This document shows, piece by piece, positions 26,381 to 38,237 of a stretch of 64,000 nt of DNA. The number at the start of each line of letters is the position of its first letter. Within the stretch, counting starts at the first letter, position 1. The position numbers and the translations under genes were made by a program. The stretch spans positions 4,588,001 through 4,652,000 of the forward strand of contig NC_043008.1 of the NCBI RefSeq assembly GCF_006345805.1. Reading direction: 5' to 3'. This DNA is from Octopus sinensis. Lineage: Eukaryota. The notes beneath the pieces were generated by a model that saw only the letters and a program-made list of their open reading frames with translations, did not search any database and had not been told where the DNA came from.

Positions 26381-28120
26381 ATGAGTGCAGAGAAGGACTG
26401 CTGCTGCTGAGTGATAGAAGTTTAATTCTGGTGCTAATACCACGATACAGCTTTAACAATGTGTTATGTTGTGAAGAAACAGCTAAAAATAAAGTTGCAA
26501 GCAGGCCTCCGGCACAAAAAGAAACTAAAAGAATAACACAACTGGTGCCACAATCGCATGAAAAATAATAGAAACCTAATCTCAGGTTCACAGTTGTCTG
26601 AAAGATTTAAAAATTGACTACAAAAAGAAATCTTGCTGGGAGAAGAAGAAAACTTGATTGCAAAACCCAAAGTAAATTGTGTTTGATGCTGTAAAGAGTG
26701 AAGAACTTCTTTGCTGAACTTTGAAGAATTTCAGACACAGTGCTTTTGTCTCGTTTTGAAGATGTGAAGATTTCTGACTCAGGGTAAGTAACTGCTTGTT
26801 TATTTTTGTCTTCTTTTCTCTAGATTTAGATATACTGAAGATAAAGTGTATAGAACTAAGTGTTATTTTGTTGCGTAGGGGACAACAGAGTCTGAAATTA
26901 AAACAGAGACACTGAACGACCACTCACTGATAGAATGGCTCTGTACTGGATAAATGGAAACGAGTTGCTTCATTCAAAATTTTCTTTCAATAGAAGTAAA
27001 AGTAGGTGTGGTGGTGGTGGTGGTGGTGGTGGATGCTGTCCTTTGTGTCATCAGAAATGCATTGTTTTTCCAATAGCAGTATTCATGGAAAAGCAAGAGT
27101 ATAGTTTTTTGTGTTTATTTTTTATTCTCCAATAGGAACAGGACATTAATATATCTGTGTACCAGGGAACATATTGTAGACATTGTTTTGGCCAAGGGTC
27201 TACTGATAGTTTAGAAATAGGTCATGTGACTATTGCTGACAGGGATAATGGAGCCTTTTCACTTTTGCCATCACAATATAAAACCAGTGGAAAGGACATC
27301 AGCTTTGGCATAATATTGTCATTGCAGAGCATAGCAATTGCTCTGGCTCTTTGCATTGTGAGTTCAGGTCACACTCTGATCAGCTTTGCATTTCACCCTT
27401 CAGGAGCTGATAAATAAAAGTGCCAGTCAACTATTAGAATCTATTCACACCCACACACACAGACACACACGCACGCACACACACACACATACACACACAC
27501 ACACACATTGTGCCCTCTCAGAACTGGTTACACAGCATGTTGAATGGCAATGAAGGAGGACCCACATTGTCTCTTTCTTCCAAGAAGCTTAAGAGTATTG
27601 AGCTATGAACCAGCAAACCATTCTCATCTAAGATGCTACAAAAATCGCCCAAAAGAGATCAGAAAACGCAATGCGTTTGGATAGACTGGTGTGCTATGTG
27701 GCAGAGAATGTCTTGAAAAGCAATAAATCTCTATGAATAGTCTGAGAGAAGATACACAAAACAACTGAAAGTATTGTCATTAACTGTATTTAAAGCATTG
27801 CGTTAAAGAAGGCTAATGAAAATAGTGAAGCAACAAGGAAACCTGGGAAATATATCTGTAACAAAGTTGTAATCAAATTTAATGAGTTTAACCAGACGAT
27901 TCAGGTTCACTCAGCTCTGCTCATGGCCTCATTCCATTATCTTATTTCATGTGCTACATGTTTCTATGCTTGTAATCATTTTATATCCAAACTATATTTA
28001 CTTTCACAATAGAGACTCACACATACATGTGCACTGCAACCCGATACAAGCTTAGAAAAATGAAAGCAAGATGTATGTGTGTGTGTACATACATGCACGT
28101 GCACACATGTATACACACAG

Positions 28121-28133
28121 GCATACATATGTA

Positions 28134-28179
<46 letters not shown>

Positions 28180-28243
28180 CATATGTATATATATGTATAT
28201 GTATATATACATATATATGTATATGTATATATACATATATATG

Positions 28244-28282
<39 letters not shown>

Positions 28283-28301
28283 GCATGTATATATATACAT
28301 A

Positions 28302-28335
<34 letters not shown>
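28121..28335. repeat. Unbroken purine-pyrimidine alternating tract with a 24-bp unit repeated three times
   Basis: (GT)n-(TA)n-(TACATATATATGTATATGTATATA)x3-(TA)n-(GT)n read directly. Confidence 0.93.
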
Positions 28336-28719
28336 AACACAAGTATCAAACAAGAAATGTATATATTTGTGTGTAGATTTCATTAGCTGCTCTGTTTCAA
28401 TTGTACCGTTGAGATTGTTGATTGTGTCTAATTATTTTACTGAAAGTGATTTACTACCTATATATAAGCTGACTTAATGGTTTGTGAAATTAGTACAATT
28501 GATGTTAATTAATACTTTCATAGTTTCTTGGTGCTTTGCTGTTGTTTGTCATTGATTCTGTCTGTGTGTTGACATGTAATTGGTAGATAAATGGTTGTGA
28601 TAGTATTGTGAAACAATTGGCCAAGCAGTGGTTCTTATGTTGCTGAGTTTGTAGAGAAAAAATATGAGATAGAAACAGATGGAGAGAAGAGATAGGAATC
28701 TGGTGTCTTGGCAGTATTT

Positions 28720-28764
<45 letters not shown>

Positions 28765-29827
28765 CTCTCTCTCTCTCTCTAATATCTCTTATTCACTGAT
28801 ATTTCTTACATTTTGCTTTCTCTCTTCCACACACACGTTCTCTCACTCTCTCTCTCTCTCTCCTCCCACTCAACTATGTATTGCAATCAAATGTACAGTA
28901 TAGAATTAGTGATGTAGTTGTGATATGTAATCTGAATAAATTGGGAATAGAATTTGTGATTGTGTGTGTTTGTTGCTTGGATAAGACTATTGGCACATAT
29001 CACTTGTACTGCTTTCATATGCTAGCATGAAAAAAAACCCCAGTTTTTTGTCCCCTTGGGTGTCTAGCAGCCACTAAAGAAAGACTTGGAAAGTGATTAA
29101 CAGATGTTATTATCGAGACTTCAGTACTGGCAATCTAAAGACACAATTTTGACATCATAATAATAATAATAATAATAATAATTTCTTAACAAAGACTGAA
29201 GAACACAATTAAATCAAACCAAGTACTTGAATTGTCCTTTCTTTTACCAACTACAGTAGTATTAATGATTTTTAACATAAAAATTTTCTCAAACATAATG
29301 AAAATATGTCCTTCAGATTTAAAATATTTGCTTCTGAAGAACTCTTATCAGTGAAAGTAAAGATTACTTTGTAAAGGCATCAGAAATATGTCATAAATAT
29401 ATGCCCTGTGATGGTTACAATGTATATTTTGCATTAATACTTCTATGGATTTTGGTTTCCTTAAATATTTGGTCAAATATTTTTAATATGCACACACACT
29501 TTAAAGTTTTATCAACAGCAAGTCATCAGATAGTTTCATGAGCCACTTTGAGGGAATTGTCTCTCTGCATTTTATTTGAATTTTGTATGCATATATGTAT
29601 GTATAATTGTGTGCATGTGTGTTTGTTTAAAAATTTGCCCTACAATCATTGACCCCCAGGTTGTTTTCCAGGAGGATGATCTAGGAACAAAATCACCATA
29701 GTTTAAACATTTAATAAAAAAGATATTAAACTCTCTTGTTTTTGTATTGAGTACTACACATGAAAATAGTCCACTTTGATTGAACTAATTTCCTGAAGTG
29801 AACACATTAAATTACTCTCTCTCTTTC

Positions 29828-29859
<32 letters not shown>

Positions 29860-31709
29860 AAACACACACACACACACAAACATTGAGTTAACGAGCAAAA
29901 GAAATCATTCTTAATGTATGTTGTAGAATATATTTATTTGTACAAAACTGGTGATACACTTTGTCGCCACTTAGCAATTTTTACTCCATGCAATTCCTCA
30001 GGCTACAACAAAACTTGTTCTCGCCTCAGGTATCATCACATTGAAACCATGATTAGCAGCAAAGGGAATCACCAGTTTCTTACATGTGTGTGTGTATGTG
30101 TGTCTGCATGCAAGCACATTTATGTGTGTTTGTATGTGTTAATGATGACTATGTTGTTAATGAGATTTGTGTTTCTGAAATTTGATTTTCAATGTTTTTA
30201 ATAATTTTTTCAACTGGTAGAACTATAGATGGTAGAACTGATGGAACACCAGCCAAAATGTGGTGTGATATTTAGACAGATCTCTTAATTCAAACCAACC
30301 CAGGAATTTGATGAAATCAAATTTCTGTGTTGATGAGATAAATATCAGTTAAGTAAGAGGGTTGATGTGATTGTGTGTCCTTTTGTCTTTGGTTATGCTC
30401 ATGTTAAGATTTCTTTGATATCATCTTTTAAATATTGTTATGATTTTACTGAGTCTGTTCTGATTTAATGGTAAAATGTTTGCAATGTGGATGATTTTTG
30501 TGTACCTCTCACTTTAGATTTGCATGAATAAACTTGTCATTTAGAAAGATGTAATTTGTTTTTCAAATCTTCTACATTGTACTCCTTGTGTCACTCAGTC
30601 ATGTTTTGAACGGTTAACTTCGCCTTCTATCCTTCTAGTGTTGATAAAATAAGAATAAGTCAGGCACTAAAATTGACTAAATTAAACACAAAAAAAAAAA
30701 TACCCAGAATATTGTTCATCTTTAAATTTGTGTTCCATACTATAAGTAATATAAAATGCAGTGACTACTGTTCCTAAACACTAACTAAAGCAGTTGCTAA
30801 AAGTTTAGTCTGTTCTCGATAGATACTAAACTCTACTGAATTTATGTGTCTCATCACTCCCACAAAAAGGGATTATCATATATCTCTAATGTTCATTAAT
30901 TAGTATCTTCATTAAGAATTCAATATATAAGGAAGAAATACTTTATTTGAAAAGTGCATCTTTCAAAAAAATATATTATGCAGAATCAAAGACGTATTTG
31001 ACATTCATTCTGATTTGGAATAACGGATGGAATGCCTTGACAATGAAAAATAATGCTGGATGTTAATTCTCTAATATTGAATTTTACATTGTGTTCTTAA
31101 ATTGCTTATTTTTATCTCTTATTACCTTCAATATATCATTAAAAAAAAGAAAAAGAAGTACGACAAAGTTTCATATTTTATAATTTAGAATTTTACCATA
31201 TTTTCTTAGTAGTTCTTGACAAAACTAATTAGATTTAAATGAAAATCTGTTCCTCATGTATGCACTATTTCACACACACACCCACATTACCTATTTCCAT
31301 GTTGGCATGGAAAAACTGATATGGAAGGAAAACAAATGAATATATAAATAAGTATATACATATGTATATAGTTATATATTGCAGCAATTTTCACCTCAAT
31401 AATAATGTATAGAGTTGCCTCAGTAAACATAAGCAAAAGTTTTTGTAGAGCAAAAATCTTTTATAACAAATCAGATTGAAAGTCATAGTTTTTGTTTTAC
31501 ATGAACAGGACATTACTAAATATTCATTAGATTTTCGAAAACCTGTGTCTGTTCATAAACCGAAAATAATAACAAACTAAAATATACCATGTTTTTGCTT
31601 CCCTGTTTGACATCTGGCAAAGGAAATACAAGGAACCAAGAGGAAGTCTATTATAATGAGATGCAAGATTAACACTACATTGAACAGCTTTCTCACAAGC
31701 ATACAAGAA

Positions 31710-31905
31710 GACCTCTGTATGATCACTCAAACTGTTAGAAATAGTTACCAAATCTCCCTCAGATTGTATCCTCTTAATGTACTACACAAAAATAAATACA
31801 TTGGATAAAGTAGTACTTGGTGCACTGTATCAACAAAAAACGATGGGTTGGGCATGGCTGGAATAAGTGCTTTTAACCAGAAGCCTGATCAGTTAGAACT
31901 AATCT
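31710..31905 (+). mobile_element. Family E repeat
   Basis: TGTTAGAAATAGTTACCAAATCTCCCTCAGAT...GATGGGTTGGGCATGGCTGGAAT. Confidence 0.72.
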
Positions 31906-32028
31906 GTTACTAAGCATTACAAACCATAATAAATGTCCCACTTACGTTGGATGAACTGAATAATTACATTTATGATATCCCGTGAGTTTGTGGAAGGTCT
32001 GACAAAAAGAAAACAAGATGGCTCTTAA

Positions 32029-32250
32029 CCCTTCAGCATTTAAACCGGTCATATCCGGCCCAAAATATGTCACCTGTTTTACATGCAAACACACTAGATC
32101 CAGCCTCTCACACTTATCCTACAATGTCATTCTAAAAATAAGCAATCACATCACTGAAATCTCTAAGCTGCAAGATCACGCATGAATTGATTCAAAAGAA
32201 TGTGAATAAATAAGCTATACATTTGACAAAGTATTGTGAATGCCAAAGGC
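32029..32250. mobile_element. piggyBac-type MITE (~220 bp)
   Basis: TTAA at 32025-32028 and TTAC at 32251-32254; termini CCCTTCAGCATT / AATGCCAAAGGC (9/12 inverted match); second partial copy at 32521-32700. Confidence 0.75.
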
Positions 32251-32520
32251 TTACATATGAATGCTAAAATTACAGAAAAAAACTCTGATTAGTGAAGAAA
32301 TATGGAAGTTAGGGATGACAGAAATTGTAAAAATATGAGAAGGGAAAATGATATCGAGAGGATTTTGTTAGTTTGTTTGCTTTTCTGAGATAGCTTCAAA
32401 CTAGGAAGCCAGGAAAATTGAAATTAAAGACAACATACATATAGCACTGACAGCCCAACCAGTAAACCCAGCAATAAATAACCACAGCACACAGAATTGT
32501 TATTATCAAAATTACTTTAA

Positions 32521-32700
32521 CCTTTTAGTATCTAAACTGGCCATAATCATCCCAAATATCCTGTTTTATGTTTGACTGATCAGATCCAGACACTCACACC
32601 CACTGAATAATGTAGTTTCTAAAAATTAAAACACTTCTGTCATTGAAATTTCAAAGCTACAAGATAATTCATGATTTAATCTTTAAAAATGTGAATAAAG
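32521..32700. mobile_element. Truncated second copy of the 32029 MITE, cut off by a SINE
   Basis: TTAACCTTTTAGTAT..AAACTGGCCATA..AGATCCAG..CTCACAC..TCTAAAAAT..GAAATTTCAAAGCT..ATGTGAATAAA colinear with 32029-32210. Confidence 0.7.
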
Positions 32701-33085
32701 GCATAGGAGTGGCTGTGTGGTAAGTAGCTTGCTTACAAACCACATGGTTCCGGGTTCAGTCCCACTACATGGCACCTTGGGCAAGTGTCTTCTACTATAG
32801 CCTCGGGCTGACCAAAGCCTTGTGAGTGGATTTGGTAGACAGAAACTGAAAGAAGCCCGTCGTATATATGTATATATATGTATGTGTGTGTATATGTTTG
32901 TGTGTCTGTGTTTGTCCCCCCAACATCACTTGACAACCAATACTGGTGTGTTTACGTCCCTGTAACTTAGCAGTTCAGCAAAACAGACTGGTAGAATAAG
33001 TACTAGGCTTACAAAGAATAAGTTCTGGGCTCAGTTTGCTTGACTAAAGGTGGTGCTCCAGCATGGTCACAGTCAAATGAGTGAA
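32701..33085 (+). mobile_element. Best-preserved family A SINE (tRNA-derived head, internal TA/TG microsatellite)
   Basis: A-box-like TGGCTGTGTGG (32710-32720), B-box-like GGTTCAGTCCC (32753-32763); multiple homologues in the window. Confidence 0.9.
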
Positions 33086-33789
33086 ACTGGGCCCTTCAGA
33101 TCCTGTTAAAACATCTTACCCATGCCAGCATGGTGCATGGACGTTAAATGATGATGATGTGCAATCATTGTACTACAGGATAATGGTTAAAACTTTTGAA
33201 GCCCTGCATTCCAAAATAGATGCTCAAACTTCAAACCAAGCCTCAGAGAATTAATACAATAATATCATATAAAAGATAAAAACACTGAAAAGGGGATAAA
33301 TAGCTCAGAAATTCAAATTATTTTTGTAATAACTCATCAATAAATTTATATTTATTTATTTCATGTAATTTAATATTTAATTCAATCTGTTATGCATAGC
33401 TTTTCAATTTGTCAAAATGCATCCATCAAAAGTTAATTATTTTCTTCAAAATTAAGTATTATCTGCAAAATTTATCTTTATTCATAGCGTACACATGATT
33501 ATTACTTGAGATAAGCAATGCAATGCAAATTAACCCTGATACGCTGTGTGTTACTGATGCCAACAAGAGTAAACTGCATCTCCACAAGCTTAGTTGCTGT
33601 CAGATATCTTGGTCATCAACATAAAGGCTTTGTTGTTGACTTGGCCCAAACCATTCAGTCGTCTGCAGTAGTTGAACTTGTTTACAAGCTTTTTTTTATT
33701 TATCTTATATTGCTACGGGTGAATAATAATGATGTTGGTTACAGGTTTCCAATAGGCCACTCATCAGTCTCCCTGAGACCCATTTTGGA

Positions 33790-33885
33790 GCCCTCCCTAC
33801 CCTGGCTCACCAGTCCTCAGTCAAACCATCCGACCCATGCCAGCATGGAAAGCAGACGTAAAACAATGATGATAATGATGATACA
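33790..33885 (+). mobile_element. RTE-type 3' tail (a second one at 33090-33160)
   Basis: AAACCATCCGACCCATGCCAGCATGGAAAGCAGACGTAAAACAATGATGAT. Confidence 0.8.
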
Positions 33886-33893
33886 CATACACA

Positions 33894-33956
<63 letters not shown>

Positions 33957-33967
33957 TATTAAGAAGT

Positions 33968-34400
33968 TAAGGCAGCAAGCTTACAGAATCATTATCCTGC
34001 TGGACTAAATGCTTAGCAGCATTTCATCTGTCTTTATGTTCTGAGTTCAAACTCAGTTGACTTTGCCTTTCATCCTTTCAGGGTCAATAAAATAAGTATC
34101 AGTTATGCACAGGGGTCGATATGATCAACTTGTCCCCTTCCTTGAACTTGCTGACCTTATATCAAAATTTGAAACCATTATTATCATGAAGAAGGCAGTG
34201 ACATGGCTGGCAAAATTGTTAGTGTGCCAAAACACGTAGTGGCATTTCTTTTGCTCCTATGTTCTGAGTTCAAATTCCAGTGAGGCCAACTTTGCTTCTC
34301 ATTCTTTCAGGGACAAGAAGATGAAATGCCTTCTGGGCACTGGAGTCAATGTAATTCCCTAACCCTCTCCCTGAAAATTTTAGACATTATGCTAAAAGAA
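33968..34400 (+). mobile_element. Head-to-tail dimer of family C SINEs
   Basis: Two TTCTGAGTTCAAA B-box-like motifs (~34040, ~34263), each followed by CTTTGC..TCAT.CTTTCAGGG. Confidence 0.8.
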
Positions 34401-35559
34401 TTACATATGACTAGCTTCTATACAGTGTCTGTCTACCAAATTCCACTGAGAAGGTATTGTTTTACCTGAGGATATGAGATAAGACGATTTCCCAAGGTAC
34501 TGCACTCTGAGATCAAACCTAGAACGTTGTTGATTTGAAGCAAACTTCTGAACACAGAATTGCCTGATGCAATTCCTTGAAAATCTTTGGCAAAAGAGAA
34601 ATTAATTAGGATAAAAGAAAATGTGATGCTGTGTTAATTAACAAAAGAAAGAATTAATGTTTCATGGAAAACAGTTGTTAAAAGACAACTCTTTTTACAT
34701 CAGTATTGATTTTATTCTTAATTCACATTATCTTCTCAAAACTTTCATTTAATTCGATGGAATAAAAAGATTTTTGAAATGTTTTCTTGTAATGTTTGTT
34801 CTAAATCTTACATCATACACAAAGCAGTCAAGTATTCGTAGGCTATAATATAATATTGTGCAATTATTTAAATTTATATTAAATTATATTCTAAGAGAGT
34901 TTATAAATGAAATGGTGAACTAATATTAATGAAATCATCAAGTTTTCCACTCTTCTCCATGTCTTTCTTAAAATCGGAAAACATAACTAAATATCAGAGA
35001 TGAGATTTAGATGAGATTTTTTTTCACAAGTAAAATCACACAAATTTCCCATGCAGACATTTCTGCATTGAACAATACAATATGTACAATGATATCAGCA
35101 TGGTTGAGAAGATTAAACAGTTATTAGCAGCCATACTTGTTTTCAGACCTTCTCTGATTGTTTTCACTTTCTGGACTTAAGCTGTGGGCCTTGCCTTCAA
35201 AGGATTATTTTTCTTGCTTTCTTTGTTAAGTAGATCAATCCCAGGACTTAGTGTTGTACTTATTTTATCAATCTCTATTTATCAAGTGGCTAGGTTTCTC
35301 TTAGTACCTAAATACCACAAGGTATTTTGTTCAACACTAGTTTATGCTTTATACACATGCATTTATGACACTCATCTATATACAATGGTCTTTCACATAA
35401 TTTCTGCCAACCAATTTTCACCCACAGTGCTTATATTAAAGGCAAAAACATAGTAGTAAAAAAAGAAACATCCCCAAGATACCACCCACAGGGATTAAAC
35501 GCTCAACCATATCAATACTGAGTAACAATCATAATCCATTGCTGAGTAGCTCAAAAGCA

Positions 35560-36165
35560 AACACTATATCTTGCAATCTCACTCTAATATACTTCAATTT
35601 GTGCTGGTTCTTCACACTCTTTAATCACACTTCCTTTGCAATATCCTGCCACTTATAGCATTTGACCATCCCATTCATATCCTCATTCCCGGCCCTTGTG
35701 AGTATGCCCAGCACTTTGCTACCACCTCTATCCTGCTGTCTCCTACACTCTCTCTCCCTCCCTCTCCTTCTGCTGCACTTCCTTCAGGCTGGGTAACCAC
35801 GTATTTCCTTGGCAGCAGTGCACCTGTTTCTGTCTTCATTCCTGATCTCTCACTACGGTTGAGTAAAGGACAGAGAGAGATATAGGATGGTGGTCAGTGC
35901 CTGGGTATAACTTTTCATCATCCAACACAAGATCACCTCCTCCAATGCCTCCTCCCCTCTCAAAAGGGATTTTTCTTATTTTTCTCTTGCAAGTACTTGG
36001 TGACCCTGTTAGTGCAGGTGCCACTTAAAAGCACCCATCTGTAAAAGCCTTGCCAAAACAGTTACAGAAGTCTGGTGCAGGCTTCTGCCTGGCTGGTTCT
36101 TGTCAAACCATCCCACCCATGCCAGTATGGAAGGCAGACATCAAGTGATGATGATGATGATGATA
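35560..36165 (+). mobile_element. Probable RTE-type long 3' UTR ending in (GAT)n
   Basis: Ends TTAAAAGCACCC..CTGGTGCAGGCTTCTGCCTGGC..CCACCCATGCCAGTATGGAAGGCAGACATCAAGTGATGATGAT; 5' limit uncertain. Confidence 0.55.
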
Positions 36166-36178
36166 TATATATATATAT

Positions 36179-36372
36179 CTGGGCCGCCATGATTGACCAC
36201 TAGCTCCAAAAGTTTGTTTTTATTCTCTTTCTGTTTATTTCCTCATGTTCCTTTCTGTTGAAGAATGTAGGCTCGAAACATAAAAGATTTTCTCACCTTC
36301 CCGAGTTTTAAACTAATACACCTGTTTGTTGTTTATACACCTGTCTTCGTCTTTTGTTTTTCTGTAAATTTC

Positions 36373-36375
<3 letters not shown>
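36179..36375 (+). mobile_element. ~200-bp short repeat, probably Penelope-like-element-derived, carrying a hammerhead-like motif
   Basis: Homologous to 47427-47550 plus 48347-48382; flanked by (TA)n on both sides; motif CTTT CTGTTGAA GAAT GTAG GCTC GAAAC ATA AAAG at 36251-36286. PLE origin is inference. Confidence 0.55.
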
Positions 36376-36443
<68 letters not shown>

Positions 36444-36768
36444 CATGTGTGTATGAGCTTCATTCCAATTTCTGCCCACAATATCCACTCAGAAAACTTT
36501 GGACAATCCTATAAGAAAAGACATTTGCCCAAGGTACCATGCAGTGGAATTGGACTCCAAACCATGTGGTTGTAAAATAAACTTCTAAACCAGCCAGCCA
36601 TATATGTGTGTGGTGTGCATGTGTGTATTAAATGAATATTAATGTCTTATGTACTTTCCTTGGTAGTGGTAGCGAGGGGTTTTCTAAGCATTTCCAATGT
36701 ATTTGTGGTACATATTCACATGCATAGCTAAGTCTATACATAGACATAAATATATTCTAACAGATGCA

Positions 36769-36809
<41 letters not shown>

Positions 36810-36870
36810 ACACATACACACACACACACATGTATGTTATCAAAAACACTTTGTATTTGTGTTTTATATA

Positions 36871-37310
36871 CTGTAATCCCTCAACTATCACAGATGTTAC
36901 ATTCCAACCAACCCCCACATACACACACACACGATAGGTGAAAATCCGTGAAGTAGAAACAGTACTGTACTGTATATTTTTGTATATATCTATTTTATCA
37001 TAAATGCAAACCAACACCACACATTCACCTCCCGAGTTTCATTTCCCAAAGAGTATCTGCAATTCTTTGTTTACTCATCTATGGTACACTACGTATTCTC
37101 TTTTAATATATTCTAATTAATGTGTTATATGGTGCAGTACTGTACTGTACTCTTATTTATTAATTTTTAGGTGTGAAAATGCTTATTTTACCACAGAAAT
37201 TATTAAAATCTAAAAAAATGTAAATATCTATCAGCTACAGAAGCCCGTGATATACATTTACATATATTAGCCTGAAAAATCCACGATGTACTGAGAGAGC
37301 AATAGTTAGG
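36871..37310. mobile_element. pogo/Tigger-like (Tc1/mariner superfamily) MITE
   Basis: Begins TA|CTGTAATCCCTCAACTATCACAGATGTTACATTCC, resembling the CAGTAATCCCTCG..TATCGCGG terminal type; ACGATAGGTGAAAATCCGTGAAGTAG and AAAAATCCACGAT subterminal repeats; right TIR eroded. Confidence 0.55.
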
Positions 37311-37439
37311 CAATTGCTACACATTTGAATTCTAGATTTAGAGAACATTGTCACTCAGGATTAACTCGAGTGGGTTATATTCTCAGTTAATTAACATAGA
37401 TACGTTGATGGCTTCACTCTCTCTCTCTTTCGTTTTATA

Positions 37440-37630
37440 TGTTGTTATTCCTCAGGTCAACTCTGATCAAACAGACTTGTGAGCAAAGACATTCCATCTG
37501 TGAATCTTTCTGTCTTTTTTGGTGTATTTAGACCTACATTATCTAATCCATCCTTCTTAAAACAGTAAAGTGTTGGTTCTGGGACATGTCACAACTGTTT
37601 CTTACAGTTTGTACAACCACAGAGATGCTC
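37440..37630 (-). mobile_element. Family E repeat, reverse orientation
   Basis: GTTGTT..CAGGTCAACTCTGATCAAACAGAC..CAAAGACATTCCA..TAGACCTACATTATCTAAT is the reverse complement of the family E 3' half. Confidence 0.7.
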
Positions 37631-38237
37631 TCTCTGAAGCTTGTCTTTGTGTCAATGTTTTACTTTTAGCTGGTTACTAACAAACCCCAGACAGTACTTC
37701 ATTTAAACAATAAGAATATAACAGTTTTGTATTGAAATAATATTAAATAAATTTCTTTCCTGTGACGTAAAGAAGTCATTTAAATGTTTGTTTCAATCGT
37801 TATAAGAATACAATATGTAAATATCATCTCTAAATTAACAAAGGTCATGCATGCTATTACAATTTTAATGATAATTATTTAAGTCTTTTAAGCTACTTAA
37901 TGAACACATCTATTCTCAGACTACTCATTAATTATTATGCATGTATGCATTCCAAACTACAAATTGTCAGGCAATCATGTTATAACATAGTATTGTTTCC
38001 ACTATGTGTTATTCTAAAAGAGAATTCTTCTCCACTTCTTCCTAATCACAGAATGTGAATAGAAAATATCATCTGCACCATTGTCTTTTATTACTTTACC
38101 AGTTTCATTCTCTGGATTGTGGCCATGCAGGGCCATCTCCTTGAAGAGGTTTTAGTATAAGTTATATCGGCCCCAGTAAATTTTCTGATACATTACTCTG
38201 TCAATCCTGTAAGAGATGAAAGGTAAAATCCATTTTA

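Noticed and set aside
27007-27032. (GGT)n as a G-quadruplex or poly-Gly exon
   Set aside because: Ordinary trinucleotide microsatellite with only two-G runs and no splice support.
27690-27760. Minus-strand TIHRDL after a good acceptor (kinase-like)
   Set aside because: No following K-x-x-N; stop within 16 codons.
27976-28386. Six overlapping ORFs of 85-135 aa
   Set aside because: Microsatellite translations (HT/YI/CV repeats).
29326-29380. CTGAAGA-ACT..AGT-GAA-AGTAA/TTACT hammerhead-like match
   Set aside because: Helix I only forms with a 4-nt insertion, helix II is weak A-U, and no second copy is seen; probably chance.
32701-32775. tRNA-like sequence with A and B boxes
   Set aside because: No complete cloverleaf, and it continues into a SINE body; treated as a SINE head, as are all similar heads.
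33518-33970. 150-aa ORF
   Set aside because: Runs through an RTE tail and (CA)n; no domain and no splice support.
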